Positions 19,746 through 28,887 of a DNA stretch of 64,000 bases are shown in pieces. Made by a program: the position numbers and the translations under genes. This DNA comes from Gemmatimonadota bacterium. GTDB taxonomy: Bacteria > Gemmatimonadota > Gemmatimonadetes > Gemmatimonadales > Gemmatimonadaceae. Location: NCBI GenBank assembly GCA_040389905.1, contig JAZJZK010000011.1, positions 9,042-73,041 on the forward strand. The letters run 5' to 3'. Numbering within the stretch: position 1 is the stretch's first letter; every line of letters starts with the position of its first letter. The notes under the pieces were generated by a model. That model worked only from the letters and a program-made list of their open reading frames with translations. It was not told the origin of the DNA and ran no database searches.

Positions 19746-21017
19746 ATGACAAGCGAACCGATTGACCCGTCGCGCCTCGCTGCCGCAAACGGCCCCGTGT
19801 GGCTGCACGTCGGCACGCTGATCGACGGCGCCAGTACGTCGGCGGCGCACGATGTTCATGTCGTCTACAATGCATCGTCGGTCCTGTTTATCGGACGCGC
19901 GGGGCTTACGCCGCCACGCGCGCTGCTCCGCGAGGGTCAGTCAACGCCAGACGTCGTCGCGCCTGAGAGCACGCTGCTGCCAGGATTGACCGACGCGCAC
20001 GTGCACCTCTTCCTCGACGGCGCAGAGCTCGACCTCGGACGGCGCGCTGAACAAGTGCGTCGCCCGCTCGCGGAGCTCTTGCCAGCAGCCACGAAACGTC
20101 TCGAAAAACTACTGGATAGCGGCGTGATCGCGGTCAGGGATGCCGGCGACAAGCAGGGCGTTGGGCTCGCGTTGAATCGTCTCTCCCGATCGGCGGCCGC
20201 CCCGATGCCGTATCTCGACAGTCCCGGTGCAGGGATTCACCGAAAGGGACGGTACGGCTCGTTCATGGGTGGTGCGCTCGACGACTTCGACTCGCCGGAG
20301 GCGTGCGTTGCATCGCGCATCGAGGCGGGTGCCGCTCGCATCAAGATCATCGCCACGGGGATCATCGACTTTCGTGCAGGGACCATCACGTCCGAGCCGC
20401 AGATGCGTACCGACGAACTCGCGCGGATCGTGGCTGCGGCGCGCGCTGCGGGGCTCCAGACGCTGGCGCACGCCTCGGGCGACGCGGGCATCGAGCGCGT
20501 GATCGACGCCGGTGTGGACTCCGTCGAGCACGGCTACTTCGTCCGCGACGACCAGCTCGCACGAATGCGCGATTTGGGGATCGCGTGGGTGCCGACCTTT
20601 GCTCCGCTGCACCAGCAGATCGCGCATGCGGATGTGATGGGATGGGACTCCCGCACCGTCGACAACATCCGGCGGATTCTCGACGGCCATGCGGCGAGCT
20701 TGCGCCGCGCGCACGAGTTGGGGGTGATCATCGTAGCCGGGAGCGATGCCGGATCATTCGGCGTGGCGCACGGCTCGGGGCTGCATCTGGAGCTTGAACT
20801 CATGGTGGCGGCTGGGCTTCCAGATCTGGCCGTGATCAACTCTGCCACCGGAGCGGGAGCGGCGCGATTCGAGTACCGGGAGCGGTTTGGACTGATCGCC
20901 GAAGGCTACCGACCACGGTTCATCCTTTCGCACGGTTCGGGTACCACCGTTCCAGAGACGGGGACGCCTCTTTTCGACGGCCAGGTGCGGGGCCTGGGCT
21001 CGCAGGCATCCAACTAG
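19746..21017 (+). CDS. Metal-dependent amidohydrolase family protein
   Basis: DAHVH, IKII, AHASG, VEHG, GSDAG motifs. Confidence 0.88.
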   Translation: MTSEPIDPSRLAAANGPVWLHVGTLIDGASTSAAHDVHVVYNASSVLFIGRAGLTPPRALLREGQSTPDVVAPESTLLPGLTDAHVHLFLDGAELDLGRRAEQVRRPLAELLPAATKRLEKLLDSGVIAVRDAGDKQGVGLALNRLSRSAAAPMPYLDSPGAGIHRKGRYGSFMGGALDDFDSPEACVASRIEAGAARIKIIATGIIDFRAGTITSEPQMRTDELARIVAAARAAGLQTLAHASGDAGIERVIDAGVDSVEHGYFVRDDQLARMRDLGIAWVPTFAPLHQQIAHADVMGWDSRTVDNIRRILDGHAASLRRAHELGVIIVAGSDAGSFGVAHGSGLHLELELMVAAGLPDLAVINSATGAGAARFEYRERFGLIAEGYRPRFILSHGSGTTVPETGTPLFDGQVRGLGSQASN

Positions 21018-21029
21018 GGATGGGGGAGC

Positions 21030-21340
21030 GGGCTCGGGCCCGGGCCAACCGCAGGCTTGGGCGCGGGCTTGGGCCAGGGCTGGGGCTTGGGCTGACCTTC
21101 AGGCGGGGGCAGGGGCTTGGGCCGCGGGCCGGGGCCTGTCCCGACCATGACGGGCGAGCCCTCTCCCCGGCCCCCTCCCGAGCCCCGAGCCTGCGGGCAA
21201 GCCCGGGCTCGGGCCCTAGCCCCGGCCCGCGGCCAAGCCCGCGGTTGGCCCGGGCCCGAGCCCCAGCCCGCGGTTGGCCCGGGCCCGAGCCCCGGCCCGC
21301 GGCCAAGCCCGCGGTTGGCCCGGGCCCGAGCCCCAGCCCC
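21030..21340. repeat. GC-rich low-complexity repeat with inverted symmetry
   Basis: Three copies of gcccgcggttggcccgggcccgagccc (about 21237, 21266, 21307) and a near-inverse copy at 21030; GGGCTY/RAGCCC hexamers. Confidence 0.8.
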
Positions 21341-21443
21341 ATCGTGACCCAGCGGTCGGTTTTCAGTGGCGGCCGGCGTCCCTTAACATGTGCGCGAACT
21401 GTTCGTCTGGTATGTTGGATCCTTATTCCCTTGGAGATCACCA

Positions 21444-21752
21444 ATGAAAGTTCTGACCGTAGCCGCACTCGCGCTCGTGATGTCGGCCAGCGTCGCGCAG
21501 GCGCAGGCAAGGACCCGTCCAGCCGCTGGCGAAGGCCGCAAGGCTCCCACGGAAGAGCAGCGCGCCGCCCGCAAGGCCAAAGCTGAGGCGGCGACGCCCG
21601 CGCAGCGCGAGGCGGCGAAGGAGGCGATGAAGGCCTATCAGGAAGAGCGGAAGGCGTTGATGGAGCAGGTGAAGGCCGGAAAGATCGACAGGAAGACTGC
21701 CGCCGAGCAGCTCAAGGCGTGGCGCGAAGCGCACAAGCCGGCGAAGCCCTGA
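21444..21752 (+). CDS. Small secreted helical hypothetical protein
   Basis: GGAG RBS; signal peptide MKVLTVAALALVMSASVAQA; charged helical body. Confidence 0.75.
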   Translation: MKVLTVAALALVMSASVAQAQARTRPAAGEGRKAPTEEQRAARKAKAEAATPAQREAAKEAMKAYQEERKALMEQVKAGKIDRKTAAEQLKAWREAHKPAKP

Positions 21753-21769
21753 TCGCGCGTCCGTTCCGC

Positions 21770-22924
21770 GTGGTGGGTGGCAGTGCAGGCGCCGTAGCGA
21801 TTCTCGCTGCGGCGCTCTGCGCGTTCCCCGCCGGCGCGCAGGGCAGAGTCACGCTCACCGGCACCAACCGGTCGTACAGCGTCGGCGATTCCACGGTCTC
21901 CGAAAACGTCGCGAATGCTCGCCTTGAGCTCTTCGGGCCCCGCATTCGCTTTCGTCTCGATGGGTCGGCGCTTCGCTTCACGGCACCGACCGACAGTATC
22001 AAAGGGAACCTGCCGCTCAGCGCTCACCTCTCGTTCGCTCGCCGTCCCGGAGACACCGTCGCCGTCTTTGCGCGGTCGTCCAGCATCCCTCTGGACCTGT
22101 CTACGCGGCAGACCAGCGCCTTGTCCATCGCCGGAGCGTCGACGATCGACCTCGAGAGTTCAGGATTCGGTACGCCGGCCGTTGGCGGAACGCGCGCGAC
22201 GTTCGCCTTTCCCGTGGGGGACGCGATTCTCGCCGCCCGTGGAGGGTTCGAGTACGAACCGCGTCCGGCGGGAACCCAGCCAGTGTACTGGCGCGGCTCG
22301 ACCATCCGTGGCGGTGTGGCCCTGACCAATACCCTCGGCGAGGGCTCGTGGACCGCGTCGCTCGACGTCAGCCGCAGCACCGGCGACTCACTCGGTGGCC
22401 GCAACCTGTTTCCGGGCGGTGGCAACGCGTCCGCGCAGGTCATCCTCGATGCGTCCGTCCTGAATCCATTCGATCCGCTCGAAGACGAGCAGTGGCCGTT
22501 CCGTGCAGTCGCGTTCTATGTGCGGCCGTTCGGCAATGACCGTGCGGATCAGCCGAACCTCATCATCCCACAGGGCGACCTCTTTGGCGCGATCACCACG
22601 ATGCTCATTCCGGTGAACGAGCTTTCGCTTGCCCCGTCGCTTCAGTTGCTCAGGGAATCGAGCCGCAGCAGCTACACGTCGGGTCTCCTCGTCAACGAAG
22701 TGACGGGGAGTTCCTGGACCATGCAGGCCGGGCTCGATCTTTCGATCCCAATCGGGAATGTGTTCGAACTGACGCCGCAGCTCGGCTACACGTTCGGCAC
22801 CGTGTCGTCGGCGTCATCGCAGGCGGCAGCGGTGCGGCGCGGGCGGGGCATCGTGCGCACGAGCGGTTTCAGCGACGCGATTCGCGGACGATGGTTCTCG
22901 ATCCAGTTGTCGGCGTCGATGTAG
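21770..22924 (+). CDS. Putative outer-membrane beta-barrel protein (start uncertain, 21719 or 21770)
   Basis: Signal peptide ending AGAQ; alternating amphipathic strands; terminal strand WFSIQLSASM. Confidence 0.7.
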   Translation: MVGGSAGAVAILAAALCAFPAGAQGRVTLTGTNRSYSVGDSTVSENVANARLELFGPRIRFRLDGSALRFTAPTDSIKGNLPLSAHLSFARRPGDTVAVFARSSSIPLDLSTRQTSALSIAGASTIDLESSGFGTPAVGGTRATFAFPVGDAILAARGGFEYEPRPAGTQPVYWRGSTIRGGVALTNTLGEGSWTASLDVSRSTGDSLGGRNLFPGGGNASAQVILDASVLNPFDPLEDEQWPFRAVAFYVRPFGNDRADQPNLIIPQGDLFGAITTMLIPVNELSLAPSLQLLRESSRSSYTSGLLVNEVTGSSWTMQAGLDLSIPIGNVFELTPQLGYTFGTVSSASSQAAAVRRGRGIVRTSGFSDAIRGRWFSIQLSASM

Positions 22925-23190
22925 GTCGGGGATCGACTGCGTTAGAGCTGCGTTGTTCGTAGGGATTTGCGGATTTGAACTGAGATACCTCGGATATCCA
23001 CGGATCGATCCCAGACGCAGCAAATTGGTGTCTCGGCGGGATGCTCCTCCACCGTTTGGACGACCTGCGGAATACCCGTCGTGCGCAGCACTGAAATATC
23101 CCTGTCAATCAGTCAAATCCGTCAAATCTGCTTCATGGAACACGCTCGACGCAGTTTTCCGACGCAGTTGCAGACGCACGCGACGATCCA

Positions 23191-23228
23191 CAAAACAAAC
23201 AGGGCCGCCCCGAAGGACGACCCTGTTT
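23191..23228 (-). terminator. Rho-independent terminator
   Basis: AAACAGGGUCGUCC-UUCG-GGGCGGCCCUGUUU followed by GUUUUG. Confidence 0.8.
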
Positions 23229-23276
23229 TGCCGCACTTGGTGTGAGCGCGAAGGCTCAACGACCGTGGCGTCTGGC
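23191..23276 (-). ncRNA. Candidate sigma54-dependent small RNA (~85 nt)
   Basis: Lies between a consensus -24/-12 promoter and a strong intrinsic terminator; internal UGAGC/GCUCA hairpin; no credible ORF. Confidence 0.55.
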
Positions 23277-23286
23277 GTGATGTAAG

Positions 23287-23301
23287 GCAAAGTCGGTGCC
23301 A
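23287..23301 (-). promoter_or_regulatory. Sigma54 (-24/-12) promoter
   Basis: TGGCAC-CGACT-TTGC, exact consensus spacing. Confidence 0.65.
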
Positions 23302-23501
23302 TAGCCGCCGAGCGTCAGATTGTCGCGGCGATTCCGACGCGACTGGACCGCTCACCCGAGTATTCGGTCCCTCTGCCCGAGCAGGCCGTACAATCGCCCG
23401 AACGCATCGGTCCGATCCCAACCGCAGAATGAGGTGTTCCACGCAATCCGCGGCATTCGTAGCGGAGTACCGTCGCCGCCACACGCGATAAATTGCGGGA
23501 C

Positions 23502-24317
23502 ATGACATCACCATCGCTCGACCTCACGGGCCGAATCGCTGTTGTGAGCGGCGGCTACGGCGTCCTTGGCTCGTCTCTCGCCTCCGGCCTCGCGGCAGCC
23601 GGCGCCCGCGTCGCCATTCTCGGCCGCCGCCGCGAGGCGGCCGAGGAGAAAGCGGAGGAAATACGCGCGACGGGCGCGGAGGCGGTCGTACTCGTCGCCG
23701 ATGTCCTCGACGACGCGGGGCTGCGCGTCGCACGCGATGAGCTCCTCGCCACATGGGGGCGCGTCGACATCCTGATCAATGCGGCGGGCGGCAACGTCAT
23801 GCGCGCGCGCAACGACAACAGCAGCATCTTCGACGTTCCCCTCGACGCGTTCGACGAAGTGCTTCGCCTGAACCTTCATGGCACCACGATTCCGTCGCTC
23901 GTCTTCGCCGAGGCGATGGCGCAGCAGCGCTCGGGGTGCCTGGTGAACATTTCATCGATGGCGGCCAGCCGAGTACTGAGCGGCGTGCTGGGGTACTCCA
24001 TCGCCAAGACGGGCATTGATAGCTTCACCCGGTGGATGTCGGTCGAGCTGGCGCGAAAGCATGGCGATGGCCTGCGCGTGAACGCGATCGTCCCCGGCTT
24101 CTTCGTCTCGACGCAGAACAGAAAGGTGCTCATCAACGACGACGGGTCATACACCGAACGAGCGGTCAACATCATTGCGCATACGCCCATGGGGCGTTTT
24201 GGCCGGCCGGAGGAACTGATCGGCGCGGTGCAGTGGTTGTGTAGCGACGCGGCGTCGTTCGTGACAGGCGCGGTCATACCGGTAGACGGCGGGTACAGCC
24301 TGTTCAGTGGGGTCTAG
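23502..24317 (+). CDS. SDR oxidoreductase, D-mannonate oxidoreductase-like
   Basis: SGGYGVLG, NAAGGN, NISSM, YSIAK, HTPMGRFG. Confidence 0.88.
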   Translation: MTSPSLDLTGRIAVVSGGYGVLGSSLASGLAAAGARVAILGRRREAAEEKAEEIRATGAEAVVLVADVLDDAGLRVARDELLATWGRVDILINAAGGNVMRARNDNSSIFDVPLDAFDEVLRLNLHGTTIPSLVFAEAMAQQRSGCLVNISSMAASRVLSGVLGYSIAKTGIDSFTRWMSVELARKHGDGLRVNAIVPGFFVSTQNRKVLINDDGSYTERAVNIIAHTPMGRFGRPEELIGAVQWLCSDAASFVTGAVIPVDGGYSLFSGV

Positions 24318-24319
24318 CG

Positions 24320-25774
24320 CTAGCGAGCGGGCTGTTTGACCGTCATCCCGGCGCGACCAGCCGCTTCCGCGCGGACCACCATGCCATCGCGCGTCACGAA
24401 CACGCTACGCACCGCGACAGAGTCTACCGTTCCGGAGAGCGTCACCGCATCACCGATCTTGCGGTTGAGCCCTTCGAGCAACAGCGCGCGACCCTTCGAG
24501 AGCGCGCCCGCGGTGGAAATCCGCGCGCGGTTCCGAAGCTCGTCGCGGAGGCCGGAGGACTTGAGCCATGAGTAGGTCTGAACGAGCTTGCTGTCAGTGC
24601 GCACATCGAAATCGAGGTCCGGTACGGTGATGATGTAGCGCACATGATCGATGCGGGGAGTACCGAGAAACTGGACCGTGCCGTTCGCGTCTCCCGTGAA
24701 GCTCACGGACAGCGCGAGGCGTCCCTTCGCCTGCGGGATTACCGAGACACTCTTGAGGGTGATCGAATGTCCGGACGCAGAAATCGATTTCGCCGACAGG
24801 GCGCTCGTCAGTTCGCGTGAAGCAGTGCCGTAATCGATCAGCCCATCCATGACGACCCGAAATCCATTCGACGTCGTGTCGCGTCCCAACGGCGGCAACT
24901 TGGCGGCGACGACCTCGGGCTCGGAGGTTCCGGTGACGATGCGCGGCCGCGCGTCGAGACTCACGGGCACGACGAGAATCTTGCTGCGGCCACCGACGCG
25001 GCCCACGCGCAGGCGTTCGGGGCCGAGAATGAGCCAGACGGCATCGGCGAGCCTGATCGGCCGACTGAGAAGGCCCCACCATTCAGTCACGCGTTCCGTG
25101 AGATCGACGCCGGCAATCTTCCTATCGATGCCTGGCAACTGACTGGTGAGCCCTGCGCGCGCCGCTTCCACCACCTGCGCCGTGACGTCCTTCCTGAGGA
25201 AACTGACGTCGCAATGATCACGCTGTTCGGACGACGCGGGTTCCAGGCGCACCACATGTGCCTTGGACGCGAGATGCCAGTTTGGCGTCAATGTGATCGG
25301 TGTCGCCAACTCGACAACCAGGCGCGGTTGCTCGCTGCCGAAGCCACAGCCGGCACTGATCGTCGGCGCGAGGGGAGGTTTGTAATAGCCGCGCGCCTTG
25401 TACGAAATCGTCGCGCGCAGGTGCAAGTGGTTCTCGTCGGCGAAGGCGCTAAAGGGGCCGCGCACCGCCTCGAACGCGTAGTGCTTCCGTTGGTCATCGC
25501 CAATGACGCGCGCGCTGTCCATGGAGCCGAACGTCCGTGGCACGATCTGCTCGACGAGTTTAAGAACCGCCGAGAAGTCGTACTCGAGTGGGACGCTGAA
25601 GCGCGAGACAGCCGCGGGGGCCGGCATCGGCGCAGCGACATCCGGCGGTTCCGGCAACGTCGCAGGCGCCTCGCGCGAACACGCCGAGAGCATAACGAAC
25701 ACCGCCGCCCGGGGCACGACCGACATCCTCCACGTCATGACGAGGAATCTACCCGCGATTCCCGCTTTCGACAT
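24320..25774 (-). CDS. DUF4403-like lipoprotein
   Basis: Lipobox LSAC; long beta-rich tandem domains resembling DUF4403 proteins. Confidence 0.65.
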   Translation of the reverse strand: MSKAGIAGRFLVMTWRMSVVPRAAVFVMLSACSREAPATLPEPPDVAAPMPAPAAVSRFSVPLEYDFSAVLKLVEQIVPRTFGSMDSARVIGDDQRKHYAFEAVRGPFSAFADENHLHLRATISYKARGYYKPPLAPTISAGCGFGSEQPRLVVELATPITLTPNWHLASKAHVVRLEPASSEQRDHCDVSFLRKDVTAQVVEAARAGLTSQLPGIDRKIAGVDLTERVTEWWGLLSRPIRLADAVWLILGPERLRVGRVGGRSKILVVPVSLDARPRIVTGTSEPEVVAAKLPPLGRDTTSNGFRVVMDGLIDYGTASRELTSALSAKSISASGHSITLKSVSVIPQAKGRLALSVSFTGDANGTVQFLGTPRIDHVRYIITVPDLDFDVRTDSKLVQTYSWLKSSGLRDELRNRARISTAGALSKGRALLLEGLNRKIGDAVTLSGTVDSVAVRSVFVTRDGMVVRAEAAGRAGMTVKQPAR

Positions 25775-25865
25775 GTAGGGTGGTTCGCAGGTCGTGTGTC
25801 TCAGTTACTGGAACCTACGGCGGCGACCGTTTCGCCGAACCGGGCTCCTGTGTGGGGAAGGAACA

Positions 25866-26009
25866 GAGTCGGGCATACACATTCCGGTGGGGTGTGTGTA
25901 TGCCCGATTCTCGTTTTCGAAACTGAGTTGTAAGGTGTTGAACACCATCGCCTTAGCGAACGGGCATTTCCGAAGCATGGTCCACACTGTCCGTTCCTAC
26001 TGTCCGTTC
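25866..26009. other. Probable left attachment region of the integrative element
   Basis: 16-bp inverted repeat gagtcgggcatacaca/tgtgtatgcccgattc and tandem 11-bp actgtccgttc repeats (25986, 25999) just after the integrase stop. Confidence 0.45.
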
Positions 26010-26019
26010 GCGGCTGGTT

Positions 26020-27177
26020 CTACCGTCGACGAGTTGAAAATGCCTCTCGCATAGTCTCGCGGTCGGGCTGCTGATAACTCTCCACAAGAGTTCGTTCGTT
26101 CTTCCACCCGCCGTAGTACGCGAGGTCCTTCAGCGGCATATGCCTGAAGTCATTGGAGAGTTTCCTACGGAGCGAATGCAGTCCCATGCCCTTTTCCCTC
26201 CGCAGGCCCGCAAGCAACTCGGCCTTCTTCCACCATTTGATAAGGGTCCCACGACTCAGGGGGCGCTTACCATCGCGCGGACTTGGGAAGAGCCATTCAG
26301 AGGTTGTGGCTGAGTCAGTACTCCGCATGAGCTTAAGAACGCACATGCCCTCTGGAGTTACGGGTGTTGTATGCTCGAACCGCACCTTATCGAACTCCGG
26401 AACCCACGTGATTGTGTTGGCGGCGAAGTCAACATCACGAAGCTTTAGATGTCGAAGTGAATGCGTTCGGTGACCGGTTTCGTGTGCGAGTACTAGAAAC
26501 GCAGCGAACGACGGATGCACCTTTTCTGCCACTGCGAGGAGAGCCTCGTAGTCTTCGGTGCTGGCGATAGGCCGACGAGGAGTCGGCTTTGGCAACTTGA
26601 ATTCAAGAAGAGGATTTCGTGTGAGCAATCTGCCGCGCTTTCCATTGCCGGTCGCCATTGCCCAATTGAACACTGCGCGGAGAACCCGCAGTTCGCAGTG
26701 AATTGTCGCGTCCTCAACAGCGCCCTTCTGCTCTCCAACCAACAATCGACCTGTACTTCGCCCACTCACGAAGTCATCGAAGTCTCTCTTCTCCAAGTCG
26801 AGCGGCTTTCGCCCAAGCCCGAACGACTTCCTGAAAAGCAACACGCAACGCGCGACTTCCTTTCTCCGTGCATCAGTCATCCTGCTGTTGTTCGATGCGT
26901 ACTGGAGATACATGTCAAACAGCTTGTCCAGGCTCAGTTCTTCAGTCTGGATCTCATTCTTGCGGAGCGCGACAGCCATCTCCGCCGCTTGATCCGCCGC
27001 CTTCTCGCGGTCGGCATGACGCAGACTTGTCCGGCGCTTTGTGCCTCCGCCAGCTTCGTCCAGCTCTTGGTACTCGAGCAAAATGTGCCCCGACTTCTTG
27101 TCGAGATACGCTCGGACCCTGTTGCGTCCCTTCAGTCCGGCGTAGCAACTCCAAGCCTTCTTTCGTTTCTTGGCCAT
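26020..27177 (-). CDS. Tyrosine recombinase/integrase
   Basis: ETGHR (R), HSLRR (HxxR), GGW, ESYQ (Y) catalytic motifs; N-terminal arm-binding region. Confidence 0.92.
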   Translation of the reverse strand: MAKKRKKAWSCYAGLKGRNRVRAYLDKKSGHILLEYQELDEAGGGTKRRTSLRHADREKAADQAAEMAVALRKNEIQTEELSLDKLFDMYLQYASNNSRMTDARRKEVARCVLLFRKSFGLGRKPLDLEKRDFDDFVSGRSTGRLLVGEQKGAVEDATIHCELRVLRAVFNWAMATGNGKRGRLLTRNPLLEFKLPKPTPRRPIASTEDYEALLAVAEKVHPSFAAFLVLAHETGHRTHSLRHLKLRDVDFAANTITWVPEFDKVRFEHTTPVTPEGMCVLKLMRSTDSATTSEWLFPSPRDGKRPLSRGTLIKWWKKAELLAGLRREKGMGLHSLRRKLSNDFRHMPLKDLAYYGGWKNERTLVESYQQPDRETMREAFSTRRR

Positions 27178-27182
27178 CGTCG

Positions 27183-27530
27183 TCAAGCTCCGGCGATGGA
27201 CCGCGCGATCTGCGATGCGGTACGTCCCGCAATCTGCTGAGCGCGTGGCTTCTGTGGAAGATCCCGCCGGCGGATACCGGGGCTGTGTTTACGTCCAGCA
27301 TTCGGGATGCTCCCGCTTGCGACAAGCCGGGAGAGATGAGCCGCTGAGAATCCGGATTCCTCTGCAGCTGCTGCGACGGAGAGCACCGTCTCACGCTGAG
27401 TCGCGAAGGCTGCCTCGAGTTCGTCAGCCACAATGTGTAGGATGCGGGCGCCCCTGTCGTCCGCGAGGCGGTGACGCGCATTCTCTGCGGTCTCACGCCA
27501 TTTGTTGGGGAGGTCGGTCGGAGTGTTCAT
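27183..27530 (-). CDS. HTH protein, probable excisionase/recombination directionality factor
   Basis: LSVAAAAEESGFSAAHLSRLVASGSIP HTH immediately upstream of the integrase. Confidence 0.7.
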   Translation of the reverse strand: MNTPTDLPNKWRETAENARHRLADDRGARILHIVADELEAAFATQRETVLSVAAAAEESGFSAAHLSRLVASGSIPNAGRKHSPGIRRRDLPQKPRAQQIAGRTASQIARSIAGA

Positions 27531-27859
27531 ACTAGACAGCCACCGCGCGCAGCCGAACCTTACAGGCGAGAATTGCCTTGGTCTCTCCGACCAAGCCCCT
27601 GAGGCGATCTCATCAGGGCTCAGGCGTCGATCTACGACGCGGGTGCAGACACAAAACGCCAGTTGCGACATGAGCACGCATCCCAACGGGGTCAAGCATG
27701 CCTCTCTGCTCAGAGGTGAATAAATGCGAGAGCCCAGCCAGCCGGTTCCGGCTAGCGTAGACGTCGCTCGCTTCGCCGTGAATTGCTGACCGCCGTGCTC
27801 AGACCATCAAGGTTCCGAGGCATGCGGAGACGTGCGCATCCACTGTCGGCCAGCGGACG

Positions 27860-28690
27860 CTACCGCGAATGACGAGCGGCGATGTCGTCGGAGACCTTGC
27901 GCATCGCTCCAATAGCGACGTGCGCATCTCCGCGTGAAGCCTCCGTTCCGAGCCGGAGCACCCGGCCGGGGTGGATGAGATTGCGAAAATTGCCCGCGAG
28001 GAGGGACGCGTCCCTGGTGCCCTTCGTGATCTCCATGAGATGGAAGGCCATCGCGACATACTCGCGGATATGCCATTCGTCGGGCGCCTTGGAGCGCACG
28101 GACTGACTGAATGGAACAGACTGACTGGACGCCGCGAGTTCCCAGGCCTTGGCAGCCGCCTCCACATCAGCGGCGGATCGTTGCGTGATCGCCCACAGCA
28201 AAAGAGCCTCGATCACCGCGCCGGCAAGCACCGTTGCAGCCTTCCACTCACCATTGCCAAGGGCTCGGTCAGCGTTGCTCATGTCGGTGCGAATCGAGTG
28301 TCGAATTCGCGCGTCAGCTATGAAGGGGAGTTCCGACTCGGCAGTAGCGGGCGCCTCATCCGGGAGTTCACAGAGAATATCGTGCACGACTGCTAGGGGA
28401 TGGCCAGACACCGCTGATAAGTTCCCCAGCTTCGGTAGCTGGGAGAGAGTGCCGCTGTTGCTGGTCCAGTGTTGCGCCGCGATGCGTACCGCCGCCACGG
28501 CTGTGGCGAACCGTGTGCGCTCGGCGCCCAGAGGCAAGAGTTCGTCGGGAATGCCGTCAACTGCGGCTACAATCGCACCGACCATCACGAGGCTCGCGCT
28601 CGGTACGTCCTGACTTCCGTCACGATTGGCGGCCCACGGAAACGCGTCCGCGATCATCTTCGCGGCATCTCTCGGAAGTACTCGAAGCAT
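27860..28690 (-). CDS. HEPN (DUF4145-like) domain protein
   Basis: KAATVLAGAVIEALL helix and C-terminal FRNLIHP motif. Confidence 0.65.
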   Translation of the reverse strand: MLRVLPRDAAKMIADAFPWAANRDGSQDVPSASLVMVGAIVAAVDGIPDELLPLGAERTRFATAVAAVRIAAQHWTSNSGTLSQLPKLGNLSAVSGHPLAVVHDILCELPDEAPATAESELPFIADARIRHSIRTDMSNADRALGNGEWKAATVLAGAVIEALLLWAITQRSAADVEAAAKAWELAASSQSVPFSQSVRSKAPDEWHIREYVAMAFHLMEITKGTRDASLLAGNFRNLIHPGRVLRLGTEASRGDAHVAIGAMRKVSDDIAARHSR

Positions 28691-28887
28691 GGCTCGGTTG
28701 CGCTAAGTTCAGATACAAACCGTGTGTCCGGACCACCCCTGTGGGCTCGTTCGGCGCTGCCCGCCCTGCGAGCGCCTGTCGCGCGCACAGGAGTACTGCG
28801 GCGACAGTGAAGGTGTTCAACAGAGTGACGACTAAATCCCGCGTCCACCGCTCCTGGCAGACGCGAGCCACTTCCGTCGCCGATACC

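Noticed and set aside
20920..21586. Pro/Gly/Arg-rich ORFs on both strands
   Set aside because: Translation artefacts of the GC-rich repeat
25780..26020. tRNA or tmRNA integration target
   Set aside because: No cloverleaf or T-loop (GTTCGA) context is recognisable; only an inverted repeat and arm-like repeats
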